A stretch of 64,000 nucleotides of DNA from an uncultured bacterium (GTDB lineage Bacteria; Patescibacteriota; Minisyncoccia; Phycocordibacterales; UBA9973). Positions within the stretch are counted from its first letter, which is position 1. The number at the start of each line of letters is the position of its first letter. Location: assembly GCA_903892035.1 (NCBI GenBank), contig CAITGV010000001.1, forward strand, positions 226,711-290,710. The letters are read 5' to 3'. Shown piece after piece: positions 9,736-19,090 of this stretch. The notes below the pieces were generated by a model. The model searched no databases, was not told the origin of the DNA, and worked only from the letters and a program-made list of their open reading frames with translations. The position numbers and the translations under genes are program-made.

Positions 9736-9767
9736 CTAAAAAAGCCAGCAAATGCTGGCTTTTTTAG
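9736..9767. terminator. Bidirectional terminator
   Basis: ctaaaaaagccagc-aaat-gctggcttttttag. Confidence 0.8.
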
Positions 9768-9774
9768 TATATTG

Positions 9775-9845
9775 TCGGGGCGCCGAGAATCGAACTCGGC
9801 CCTCTTGTTCCCAAAACAAGTATACTACCGATATACTACGCCCCG
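9775..9845 (-). tRNA. tRNA-Pro(TGG)
   Basis: Reverse complement cggggcg...cttgt-tttggga-acaag...gttcgattc...cgccccga. Confidence 0.95.
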
Positions 9846-9907
9846 AATAATTTATAAAAATACCAAGTTATACTACCACGAAATTTCATAAAAACAAACT
9901 AAAACTC

Positions 9908-10351
9908 TTACAAAACAATATCTTCATATCTTTTTACTCTCGCGAGGCGCTTACTCATATCCATATACACAACCAACACATCAAACTGCCATTCCCTATC
10001 GTCAGAGACTTTCCGTTGAAGTAAATAAGTTTGAATTGTCCTTGAAAGTCTTTTAAGTTTCCACAGATGTATATTATCTTCAGGTCTATAAAAATCAACC
10101 TTGTCTTTAATAGCTTTTCCACGTTCAGGAAAACATTCTTCTGCTTTTCGTTTTGTAATTTCACGTGTAACAGCTTTAACCTCAATAAAATATAGCATTT
10201 TACCTTTTTCAGCAATAATATCGATCTCGCCCCACTTTTTTGTATAGTTTCTTTCAACAATCGAAAAGCCTTGTTTCATGAGAAACATTACGGCAATTTC
10301 CTCACCTTTTGCCCCAATTTTTTGTTTTTCTGATGTAAATACTTTAGGCAT
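9908..10351 (-). CDS. yraN: YraN family (UPF0102) PD-(D/E)XK protein
   Basis: GAKGEEIA, ERNY...GEIDII...FIEVK and QFDV motifs. Confidence 0.9.
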   Translation of the reverse strand: MPKVFTSEKQKIGAKGEEIAVMFLMKQGFSIVERNYTKKWGEIDIIAEKGKMLYFIEVKAVTREITKRKAEECFPERGKAIKDKVDFYRPEDNIHLWKLKRLSRTIQTYLLQRKVSDDREWQFDVLVVYMDMSKRLARVKRYEDIVL

Positions 10352-10503
10352 TGTTACACATGTAACATTGATAATTCTTTCACGTGAAACATATTATCGG
10401 ACAAAAGACACAAAAAAGTGTCCTTTACAAACATAGTACACATAGTTATCCACAGTTTTGACCTTTTTGTGCATAATTACCAACAACAGTCAGAGACAAT
10501 ATG

Positions 10504-10575
10504 TGCGCTCGGAGGGATTCGAACCCCCAACAACTGCTTCGAAGGCAGGCATGATATCCATTTCACTACGAGCGC
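10504..10575 (-). tRNA. tRNA-Arg(TCG)
   Basis: Reverse complement gcgctcg...ctgc-cttcgaa-gcag...ggttcgaatcc...cgagcgca. Confidence 0.93.
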
Positions 10576-10703
10576 ATTTAATTAACACCTTAAGTATATA
10601 TAATTATTAGTAAATAGTAAAATATGTTGATTTTTATAGATAAATAACCCAAATTGCGTTATTTGCAACAAAATAGTATACTGGATAAGTTAAAAATTAA
10701 TTA

Positions 10704-10774
10704 GCGGGTATGGTTTAGTGGTAGAACACGTCCTTGCCAAGGATGAGACCCGAGTTCGATTCTCGGTACCCGCA
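10704..10774 (+). tRNA. tRNA-Gly(GCC)
   Basis: gcgggta acceptor, cgtcc-ttgccaa-ggatg anticodon arm, gttcgattc T-loop. Confidence 0.95.
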
Positions 10775-10784
10775 CAAAAAGGCA

Positions 10785-12323
10785 GTGAGCCAAAAACAAC
10801 AAAGTCTAATAGACATAAATACACAAAATATACCAGAATACGTTACACGTGTAACTGAAACGCTTGAAAAAGCCGGTTTTGAAGCGTACCTGGTGGGAGG
10901 CAGTGTTCGAGATCTTATCATTGATAGAAAACCAAAAGACTGGGACGTGACAACAAATGCTACACCAGAACAAATCATTCCTCTATTTATAAAAACTATT
11001 TACGAAAACAAGTTCGGTACAGTTGCCGTGGTTTTTGAGGGAAATAGTGAAAACAATAGTGTTACACATGAAACAAACATCGTAGAAGTGACCCCATACC
11101 GCCTTGAAACACAATATAGTGACCATAGACACCCCGACGAGGTTAAATTCAGCTCTAAGCTCGAAGACGACCTTAAGAGACGTGATTTCACCATTAACGC
11201 CATTGCAATGGACTCTAAAGGACATGTCATTGACCTTTATAAAGGACAACAAGATATAAAGGACAAGGTAATCAGAACAGTAGGGGATGCAAACGAAAGA
11301 TTTAATGAAGATGCACTCCGAATGCTCCGCGCTGTGCGATTTTCAGTTCAGCTTGGATTTACAATTTCGCATGAAACAACACTTGGAGTTATCCACAATG
11401 CAGAACTTATCAAAAAAGTTTCTTCGGAAAGAATTCGAGATGAATTCATAAAAATAATTAATTCACCTGAGCCAATGATTGGAATTGGAATGCTGCAGAA
11501 ATTTGGTTTATTAAAATACATAATTCCAGAACTTGAAGAGGGAATTGGCTGTGAGCAAGGTGGAGCACATAAGTACAATGTATTTGAACATTTACTTCAA
11601 GCACTTCAACACGCAGCAGATAAAAATTGGTCACTTGAAATTCGCATCGCTGCACTTTTTCATGATATTGGTAAACCACGTTCTCGTCGGGCGGGACTAA
11701 AAAAAGCATATACATTTTACGGCCACGAAGTTATCGGTGCACGCATGGCACAAAAAATAATGGAGCGTTTAAAATTTTCAAATGAAACTACAGATTTTGT
11801 TGTAAAACTCGTGCGCTATCATATGTTTTTTTCTGACACAGAAGCAATTACTCTTTCTGCGGTGCGTAGAACTATTGTTAACATTGGCCCCGCCGACGCG
11901 AAAGCTTTTGCAGGTGAAAAAGAAAATCATCCTATTTGGGATTTAATGAGAATTCGTGAGTGCGACCGTGTCGGTATGGCAAAAAAAGAAGCACCTTACC
12001 GTCTTCGAAAATATCATGCAATGATCGAAGAATGTTTGCGTGATCCCATATCAGTATCTGCTCTCAAAGTTGATGGAAATATTTTAATGAAAGAATTAAA
12101 TATTAAGCCTGGTCCGCGAATGGGTTGGATTTTAAATTCACTTCTAGAAGAAGTGCTTGATGGTCCAAATAAAAATACTCGCGAATATCTCGACGCGCGA
12201 GTAGGGGAACTTGATAAACTTTCCGACACCGACCTAAAATCTCTCGGTGAAAAAGCCAAAGAAACAAAACAAGAAATCGAAAATCTCGAAATAAAAAAAC
12301 TCCACAAAAAACACGGAGTATAA
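10785..12323 (+). CDS. cca: CCA tRNA nucleotidyltransferase with HD domain
   Basis: VGGSVRD, KDWD, RRDFTINA, EDALRMLRAVRF and HDIGK motifs; start moved to GTG 10785 because the ORF-track start lies inside tRNA-Gly. Confidence 0.93.
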   Translation: MSQKQQSLIDINTQNIPEYVTRVTETLEKAGFEAYLVGGSVRDLIIDRKPKDWDVTTNATPEQIIPLFIKTIYENKFGTVAVVFEGNSENNSVTHETNIVEVTPYRLETQYSDHRHPDEVKFSSKLEDDLKRRDFTINAIAMDSKGHVIDLYKGQQDIKDKVIRTVGDANERFNEDALRMLRAVRFSVQLGFTISHETTLGVIHNAELIKKVSSERIRDEFIKIINSPEPMIGIGMLQKFGLLKYIIPELEEGIGCEQGGAHKYNVFEHLLQALQHAADKNWSLEIRIAALFHDIGKPRSRRAGLKKAYTFYGHEVIGARMAQKIMERLKFSNETTDFVVKLVRYHMFFSDTEAITLSAVRRTIVNIGPADAKAFAGEKENHPIWDLMRIRECDRVGMAKKEAPYRLRKYHAMIEECLRDPISVSALKVDGNILMKELNIKPGPRMGWILNSLLEEVLDGPNKNTREYLDARVGELDKLSDTDLKSLGEKAKETKQEIENLEIKKLHKKHGV

Positions 12324-12388
12324 AATTGGACAAAAAAATAAAGCCTCTGTATTTCTACTAGGGCTTTATTTCTTATTTGGAATTCCTA

Positions 12389-12859
12389 CTAATTGCAGGA
12401 AATTCCTGTTAGCTCATGCCATCTAATGGCACACACAGTTGAAAGTACTTTACTCGAGCGACAAACTTTTGCCACATCATAAAGTCCTTCTACAGATTTG
12501 GTTTCGAGTATCTCTTCCACAACACCCAAACTCCAAACCTCGTACTGCGCCAGTTGGTGCAATTTGCTGTATTCTGATGTTAACTCGTATCTTATATTTC
12601 TTACTGTTTTATTTAAATGACAATCGTCTGTAGTCACTTCAACAATACGGTTCAATATATAAAATACGGCATCACATCTTTTAACAACTTCATCAACATC
12701 ATCAGATGCATTCAATTCCTCAAAATAATATCTGAAATGCACCAACATAAATTGTGCATATACTAGTAAATCATGAGGATCAGAACTTTTTAAGAAAAGT
12801 TCAAAAACCTTAGTTGGGAATTTTTTATAATTCTCCAACAATAATAACAATTCGTTCAT
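12389..12859 (-). CDS. Hypothetical helical protein
   Basis: 156-aa ORF with no recognised motif. Confidence 0.55.
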   Translation of the reverse strand: MNELLLLLENYKKFPTKVFELFLKSSDPHDLLVYAQFMLVHFRYYFEELNASDDVDEVVKRCDAVFYILNRIVEVTTDDCHLNKTVRNIRYELTSEYSKLHQLAQYEVWSLGVVEEILETKSVEGLYDVAKVCRSSKVLSTVCAIRWHELTGISCN

Positions 12860-12958
12860 TCTATAATTATTTAGTTAAACAAAATTTATTTATTGTATAG
12901 ATCAACACAAATAAAGGAACACTGTGTCTACGTCTTAGGTGAGAATACGTTAAAAAGG

Positions 12959-13729
12959 CTATTTTGTCAACTCGAGTACGATGGGACAGTGGTCGCTACC
13001 CATATAGTCTGTGATCATCGATGTTTTTTTGATTTTTTGCATTATGTCGGAAGAAGCGAAAAAATAATCTATGCGCCAGCCGACATTTCGAGCTCGGGCT
13101 CCAGTTTTCATATCCCAATACGTATAAACAGCTTTTTTCCCAGGATTTAATGAGCGAAATACATCCACATATCCACGTGAAATTACTTTATCAATCCATG
13201 CGCGCTCGATGGGAAGAAAACCGGTATTTTCCTCATTGGCTTTTGGTCGAGCCAAATCAATTTCTGTATGCGCAGTATTTATGTCACCACAAAAAATAAT
13301 TTTATATTTTTCTTTTCTGAGTTTGTCGCAAAATTTTAAAAAATAATCGTAAAATTCAAGTTTGTATTTAAGTCTATCCGGCCCCGAACCACCATTTGGA
13401 AAATAGCAATTTATTAGAACAAAATCTTTAAAATAAGCCACGAGAGTGCGACCTTCATCGTCAAATTTTTTTACACCAAGTCCTGTGACTTTTTCAGGTT
13501 TTTCTTTTGAGTAAATTGCTACACCGCTGTAACCTTTTCTAAGTTTTGAATATGAAAAAAAACTATTGTAGTCCTTTATTTCTCGAACATCTTCAGGTAG
13601 TTGATGTGGTTCAACTTTTGTTTCCTGTAAACATAAAATATCTGGTTTGTAATTTTTAAAAAGCGGAATAAAAAATCCTTGCTTTGCTGTCGCGCGTAAT
13701 CCATTTGTATTCCAAGAAATTATTTTCAT
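12959..13729 (-). CDS. xth: Exodeoxyribonuclease III / AP endonuclease
   Basis: SWNTNGLR, LQETK, GYSGVA, GDINTAH, WRIDY and SDHCP motifs. Confidence 0.96.
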   Translation of the reverse strand: MKIISWNTNGLRATAKQGFFIPLFKNYKPDILCLQETKVEPHQLPEDVREIKDYNSFFSYSKLRKGYSGVAIYSKEKPEKVTGLGVKKFDDEGRTLVAYFKDFVLINCYFPNGGSGPDRLKYKLEFYDYFLKFCDKLRKEKYKIIFCGDINTAHTEIDLARPKANEENTGFLPIERAWIDKVISRGYVDVFRSLNPGKKAVYTYWDMKTGARARNVGWRIDYFFASSDIMQKIKKTSMITDYMGSDHCPIVLELTK

Positions 13730-13740
13730 TTTAATATTAA

Positions 13741-14655
13741 TTAATTCTTTTTATCGTGAAACTTTTTGTGTACATCTCTTAACTGTTTGTCTGTAATGTG
13801 TGTATAAATTTGTGTTGTAGAAATATTAGCATGTCCAAGCATCATCTGCACACTACGAATGTCTGCACCATTTGAAAGCAAGTCGGTCGCAAAACTGTGC
13901 CGCAAAACGTGTGGGGTAACTTTTTTTGAAATTCCCGCTTTTATTGCGTAGTATTTTACAATTCTCTCTATGGAGCGAGGGGTGAGGCGAGCAGAGCCAC
14001 TTTGTTTTTTTGAAAGTTGGGCAAATAGTGGTTCATGCATATCCTTGCGAGCTTTTAAATATTCACGCAAAGCCATCTTTGCATCTTCTGAAAGAAAAAC
14101 AACACGAACTTTTTCTCCTTTTCCGCGGATTGAAAATTCATCTTTCGATAAATCTAAATCACGATTAAGAGAACAAAGTTCTGAAAGACGTAAGCCAGTT
14201 GAGAAAAAAAGTTCAAGTAATGCTCGATCGCGAAGTCCTTTTAAATTATTTGTATCAGGAGCACTTATAAGTCTACCGAGTTCGCCAGCAGAAACTAAAT
14301 CCAAACTTCTTTCTTTTACTTTTGCCAATTCGATGTGGTCAGGGGAGAGTGCTTTCATTCCACGCTTCATCATATATTTCAAAAAACCTCGAAGCGCAAT
14401 GAGGTGATAATTTTGTGTATTTTTTTTCAAACTCGCAGAAGTTTGACCTTTTACTTTCGCTCCAGCTTGTCGATTTAAATATAAACGAAATTCTCGAATT
14501 GAATCTTCTGAAATATCACCCTCATTTCCAATTTTTCCAAATTCAAAGTAGCGCGAAAGATAGCGATCGTAATTTTCGACAGTTTTTAGACTATTTCCTT
14601 TTTCAATTTCGACATATTCGAGGAATTCACGCTTAAGTTTTTGAATATCAGGCAT
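13741..14655 (-). CDS. XerC/XerD-family tyrosine recombinase
   Basis: RDRALLELFFSTGLRLSE, GKGEKVR, TPHVLRHSFATDLL and LGHANISTTQIYTH motifs. Confidence 0.93.
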   Translation of the reverse strand: MPDIQKLKREFLEYVEIEKGNSLKTVENYDRYLSRYFEFGKIGNEGDISEDSIREFRLYLNRQAGAKVKGQTSASLKKNTQNYHLIALRGFLKYMMKRGMKALSPDHIELAKVKERSLDLVSAGELGRLISAPDTNNLKGLRDRALLELFFSTGLRLSELCSLNRDLDLSKDEFSIRGKGEKVRVVFLSEDAKMALREYLKARKDMHEPLFAQLSKKQSGSARLTPRSIERIVKYYAIKAGISKKVTPHVLRHSFATDLLSNGADIRSVQMMLGHANISTTQIYTHITDKQLRDVHKKFHDKKN

Positions 14656-14663
14656 AAAAACAT

Positions 14664-14730
14664 TATACCACCCCCTGGCCCCCTCCTAAATTAGGAGGGG
14701 GTGACTTGTACTCGAGACGGGGGTGGTATA
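14664..14730. repeat. 67-bp palindromic element, copy 2 (inverted)
   Basis: Reverse complement is nearly identical to 3557-3623. Confidence 0.9.
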
Positions 14731-14752
14731 TTTATAACTAATTCCACCCTGC

Positions 14753-14781
14753 TTGCGTTTTTTTCCAATATATGCTATTAT
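14753..14781 (+). promoter_or_regulatory. Sigma70-type promoter of rpsO
   Basis: TTGCGT-17 bp-TATTAT with extended TG, 7 nt before the ATG. Confidence 0.6.
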
Positions 14782-14788
14782 CTCTCGT

Positions 14789-15052
14789 ATGCTGACAACA
14801 AAGAAAAAAAGCTTAGTTATAAAGAAAAGCCAAATCCACGACAAAGATACAGGTTCTCCTGAGGTCCAAGTGGCTATTTTGTCTCGTTCTATAGACGATC
14901 TTGCAAATCACCTCAAAAAACACAAAAAAGATAACCATTCTCGCCGAGGTCTCATCAAAATGGTGGCTGACCGCCGAGGACATCTCAAGTATTTGGAAAG
15001 AAAAGACAAGGTTCGCTTTGCTGCTCTTACTAAAAAGCTCAAATTAGACTAG
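14789..15052 (+). CDS. rpsO: 30S ribosomal protein S15
   Basis: DTGSPEVQVAIL and HKKDNHSRRGL motifs; start moved to ATG 14789. Confidence 0.97.
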   Translation: MLTTKKKSLVIKKSQIHDKDTGSPEVQVAILSRSIDDLANHLKKHKKDNHSRRGLIKMVADRRGHLKYLERKDKVRFAALTKKLKLD

Positions 15053-15055
15053 TAA

Positions 15056-15568
15056 ATGTCAATAATTAAACACAAAGAACAAAGAGTCGGCGTATTCATT
15101 GATACGCAGAATCTCTATCATAGCGCTCGCAACCTTTATAAGGCTCGAGTAAATTTTTCTGCAGTACTGAAAGAAGTAGTGAGTGGTAGAAAGCTCGTGC
15201 GTGCTATAGCTTACGTCATTACATCTGAAGCAGGGGACGAAAAGAATTTTTTCGAAGCACTCAACAATATGGGTATTGAAACAAAGACAAAAGACCTTCA
15301 AGTTTTTGCCGGAGGAGCAAAAAAGGCAGACTGGGACGTCGGTATGGCTGTGGACGCTATCACAATGGCGCAAAAGCTCGATGCTATTGTCCTCGTCACT
15401 GGTGATGGAGACTTCGTACCTCTCGTAGAATATCTGCAACGCAACTCTGGTATTCAAGTGGAAGTCGCTTCTTTTGGTAAATCCACATCACAGCGTCTCG
15501 TCGAAGCGACCGACGACTTCATCGACCTCTCCGAAAATCCCAAAAAATATCTGATTGGAATCAGGTAA
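15056..15568 (+). CDS. NYN domain (LabA/DUF88) protein
   Basis: VFIDTQN, KADWDVGMAVD and TGDGDFVPL motifs. Confidence 0.9.
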   Translation: MSIIKHKEQRVGVFIDTQNLYHSARNLYKARVNFSAVLKEVVSGRKLVRAIAYVITSEAGDEKNFFEALNNMGIETKTKDLQVFAGGAKKADWDVGMAVDAITMAQKLDAIVLVTGDGDFVPLVEYLQRNSGIQVEVASFGKSTSQRLVEATDDFIDLSENPKKYLIGIR

Positions 15569-15592
15569 AATTCGTGCTAGAATCAGGAAATT

Positions 15593-17779
15593 ATGAAACA
15601 ACAAGAATTTAGCGTTTCTATCGGTGGCAAAGAAATGACCGCCGTTTTTTCAGACTTAGCCGAGCAAGCTCACGGAGCAGTAATATTGCGCTATGGCGAG
15701 ACTGTAGTGCTCGCGACTGCAGTAATGTCAAAAGACGGGACAAAAAATCCTGGATTTTTTAATTTGAGTGTGGACTATGTAGAAAAATTTTACGCAGCAG
15801 GAAAAATACTCGGTAGTAGATTTATGCGCCGAGAAGGAAAGCCCTCCGACGAAGCAGTGCTCGCAGGTCGTGTGATCGACCGTACAATTCGTCCACTTTT
15901 CGATCAACATATTAAAAATGCTGTGCAAGTTATCGTCACAGTTCTTGCTCTTGGTGACGAAGATCCAGGAATTCTCGCAGTAAATGCAGTGTCACTTGCA
16001 CTTGCAACATCAGAAATTCCTTGGCGTGGACCTGTTGGCGCAGTACGAATTCGCCAAAAAGACGGAGCACTAATTGTAAATCCATCAAAAAAAGATGCCG
16101 GACAAGACACAATAGCCGGACAAGCTGAAGTTTTCGGTGGAGATAATTATGATTACGACCTCATCGTTTGCGGAAAAGATGGAAATATTAATATGATAGA
16201 AGCAATTTCTTACGAAATAAATGAAGAAGAAATTGTAAACGGTTTCAACCTAGCAACAACGGAAATTACAAAGTTAGAAAATTTTCAAAAGGAAATTATT
16301 TCAAAAATTGGAAAAGAAAAAAGAAAAATTGAGAAAAAAGAATTATCAGCCGAATCTCTCGCTCTATTCAATGAAAACATTGCACCAAAAATGAAAGAAA
16401 GTATTTTTGCTGGTGCTGGAAAAAAGAAAATTGATGAACTACATAATATTTGGAATACTTTGATTGCAGAAAAATTTCCAGATATGGAAGACGACGGCCC
16501 AGAAGATGACCATTTTGACAATGAAGTAAATCGAATTCTACACGAAGAAGCAATACTAAACGACAAACGTGCAGATGGAAGAAAAATGGATGAGCTTCGT
16601 GATCTTTACGCACAGGCCGGAGGATTTTCAAAAATGCTTCACGGTTCTGGAATATTTTATCGCGGAGGTACACACGTACTTTCTGTACTTACTCTTGGTG
16701 GACCCGATGATGCAAATACAATAAACAGCATGGAAACAGCAGAAGAAAAAAGATTTATGCATCACTACAATTTCCCTCCATATTCAGCTGGGGAAACAGG
16801 TCGTGCTACTATGACAAATCGCCGAGAAATTGGCCACGGTGCGCTCGCAGAAAAAGCATTGTTTGTGGTTCTTCCAAGTAAAGAAGTATTTCCTTATACT
16901 ATCCGTGTCGTTTCAGAAAGTATGGCTTCAAATGGTTCAACATCTCAAGCTTCAATCTGTGCAGCGACGCTCGCACTCATGGATGGAGGAGTTCCAATAA
17001 AAGCACCAGTTGCAGGAATCGCAATGGGACTCATGACAGAAGAGAACGAACCCTTCGAATCCGCTCAGGGTAAAAATCCTAAATATAAAATTTTGACAGA
17101 TATCCAAGGTCCCGAAGATCACCACGGGGATATGGATTTTAAAGTTGCTGGAACAAAAAATGGAGTGACAGCAATCCAGCTCGATGTAAAAGTCGAAGGA
17201 GTGCCAGTGAAAATTATTGCTGAAACTTTGACTCAAGGAAAAACTGCTCGTTTGCAAATTCTTGAAACAATTACAAAAGCAATTTCAGAACCTCGAAAAG
17301 ATATTTCTTCTTATGCTCCAAAGATTTTAGTGATGACAATACGACCCGATCAAATTGGAATGGTAATAGGCTCTGGAGGAAAAGTAATAAACGGAATTAA
17401 AGACGATACTGGTGCAGAAATCACAATTGAAGACGATGGTACAGTTTACGTCACGGGTAAAAATGGTTCTGCTGAAAAAGCTTTGAAAATAATTGAAGAA
17501 ATGACTCACGAATATAAAATTGGTGAAGTCTTCAATGGGGAAGTTGTAAAAGTAATTGAAGTTGGTGCAATTGTTCGCATTGCTTCTGGCACAGAAGGCC
17601 TCGTACATATTTCAGAAATTGGAAATTTCCGTGTAAATAAAGTTAGTGATTTCTTGAAAGAGGGAATGCTTGTTCCAGTAAAAGTTGTCGGTGTTGATCC
17701 AGAACGTGGACGCATTTCACTTTCGATAAAAGCAATATCTCCAGACTTCATCAAAGCTCCACAATCTCCACAGGCATAA
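15593..17779 (+). CDS. pnp: Polynucleotide phosphorylase
   Basis: RVIDRTIRPLF, HHYNFPPYS, RREIGHG, SNGSTS and GDMDFKVAG motifs; KH and S1 domains. Confidence 0.97.
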   Translation: MKQQEFSVSIGGKEMTAVFSDLAEQAHGAVILRYGETVVLATAVMSKDGTKNPGFFNLSVDYVEKFYAAGKILGSRFMRREGKPSDEAVLAGRVIDRTIRPLFDQHIKNAVQVIVTVLALGDEDPGILAVNAVSLALATSEIPWRGPVGAVRIRQKDGALIVNPSKKDAGQDTIAGQAEVFGGDNYDYDLIVCGKDGNINMIEAISYEINEEEIVNGFNLATTEITKLENFQKEIISKIGKEKRKIEKKELSAESLALFNENIAPKMKESIFAGAGKKKIDELHNIWNTLIAEKFPDMEDDGPEDDHFDNEVNRILHEEAILNDKRADGRKMDELRDLYAQAGGFSKMLHGSGIFYRGGTHVLSVLTLGGPDDANTINSMETAEEKRFMHHYNFPPYSAGETGRATMTNRREIGHGALAEKALFVVLPSKEVFPYTIRVVSESMASNGSTSQASICAATLALMDGGVPIKAPVAGIAMGLMTEENEPFESAQGKNPKYKILTDIQGPEDHHGDMDFKVAGTKNGVTAIQLDVKVEGVPVKIIAETLTQGKTARLQILETITKAISEPRKDISSYAPKILVMTIRPDQIGMVIGSGGKVINGIKDDTGAEITIEDDGTVYVTGKNGSAEKALKIIEEMTHEYKIGEVFNGEVVKVIEVGAIVRIASGTEGLVHISEIGNFRVNKVSDFLKEGMLVPVKVVGVDPERGRISLSIKAISPDFIKAPQSPQA

Positions 17780-17805
17780 AAATTTAAAAAAGGTATAATA
17801 GTTTC

Positions 17806-18684
17806 ATGGAAGAAAATATACCAAAAAAAGAACCAGTAAAAGGTTTGCACACTTATTCTAGTGATATGGCAGAAGCACTTCGCAAAGAAGATGGCTCTGT
17901 AATAAAAATTGCAATTGCAGAACAAAAAAAGAGAGAGAAAGATAAAGAAAATTTTACTCCAACTTCAAAGAAAAATATAATAATGCTCGGCGTGAGTGTC
18001 GTATTGATTATAATAGCAATTACAGTAATTATTTATTTTATTTCAATTTCTGGTACACCTGCACCAGTGCCTGTCACGGGTCAGGTTTCTGGTACTTTGA
18101 TTTACGCTGAAAATAAAAAAGTTATCGACACAACAGACCTATCTACAGACCGTCTCGCAGGAGCAATTGCAAATGAAATAAACAATAGCAGTCTGGGAAT
18201 TGATGTAATTGAAAATATTTCTTTACAAAAAAATATTTCAATAAACCCACCAAGTGCCACAGAGCTTACAACTAGAGAATTTTTTAATGATTTTGGTGCA
18301 GATGCGCCCGATACTTTAGTACGATCGCTAGGGGAGAAATTCATGATAGGCGTAGATTCATATAATGGTAACGAGCTTTTTATTTTATTTAAAACAAATT
18401 CACTGAGTGACACGCGTGCTGGAATGCTGACATGGGAAAATAAAATGTTCGACAATATCTATTCATTGTTCAATATTCCTCTTGTGGGACCAAATACAAA
18501 CTTATTTAACACTCGCTGGACCGATGCAACAATAAAAAATAAAGACGCAAGAGCAATACGTGATTCTAATGGAAAAATAGTATTATATTATCTATTCCCA
18601 AATGATAATACGGTCCTTATAACCACAGGCAGTGGTGCACTAGATGCAGTAGTAGCGAGACTAAATGTAAACAAAACGCAATAA
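17806..18684 (+). CDS. Hypothetical bitopic membrane protein
   Basis: One TM at about aa 58-82 followed by an extracellular domain. Confidence 0.65.
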   Translation: MEENIPKKEPVKGLHTYSSDMAEALRKEDGSVIKIAIAEQKKREKDKENFTPTSKKNIIMLGVSVVLIIIAITVIIYFISISGTPAPVPVTGQVSGTLIYAENKKVIDTTDLSTDRLAGAIANEINNSSLGIDVIENISLQKNISINPPSATELTTREFFNDFGADAPDTLVRSLGEKFMIGVDSYNGNELFILFKTNSLSDTRAGMLTWENKMFDNIYSLFNIPLVGPNTNLFNTRWTDATIKNKDARAIRDSNGKIVLYYLFPNDNTVLITTGSGALDAVVARLNVNKTQ

Positions 18685-18721
18685 AATTGCAGACAAAAAA
18701 AGCCTGTGATACTATATTGAT

Positions 18722-19078
18722 ATGAAAAACATCCAAGAATTTAAAAAACAGCTAGAAAAAGAAAAAGTAATCCTGTTAGATGAACTCAAAGCTGTGAGTG
18801 TGCTAAATCCAGAAAATGGTCGCTTTGAAGCAGTACCCGAGTCACAAAATGGCCCAGAAGCTGATGAAAATGATCTTGCTGATCGTTTTGAAGATTTCGA
18901 TGAACGCACATCAACAGTTAAAACATTTGCAGGACGTCTTCGCGAAATAAATAGTGCATTAGAAAAAATTGAAAATAATACTTACGGAAAATGTGAAATC
19001 TGTGATACCCCAGTAGAAGAAGCGCGACTACATGCAAATCCGGCAGCAAAAACATGTATCAAACACATGGCGGATTAA
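18722..19078 (+). CDS. TraR/DksA zinc-finger protein
   Basis: Coiled coil with DENDLAD, then TYGKCEIC...RLHANPAAKTCIKH. Confidence 0.9.
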   Translation: MKNIQEFKKQLEKEKVILLDELKAVSVLNPENGRFEAVPESQNGPEADENDLADRFEDFDERTSTVKTFAGRLREINSALEKIENNTYGKCEICDTPVEEARLHANPAAKTCIKHMAD

Positions 19079-19090
19079 TAAATTTTTCAA

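Larger units (their letters stand above)
10157..11378. promoter_or_regulatory. Cluster of seven parS-like sites
   Basis: Matches to TGTTNCACGTGNAACA at 10157, 10272, 10352, 10376, 10841, 11060 and 11363 (1-4 mismatches). Confidence 0.8.

Noticed and set aside
10734-10784. N-terminal extension of the CCA enzyme in the ORF track
   Set aside because: It overlaps tRNA-Gly(GCC); the true start is downstream
13741-14655. Integrase of a prophage or island
   Set aside because: It looks like a housekeeping Xer recombinase between xth and rpsO, with no att repeats or cargo
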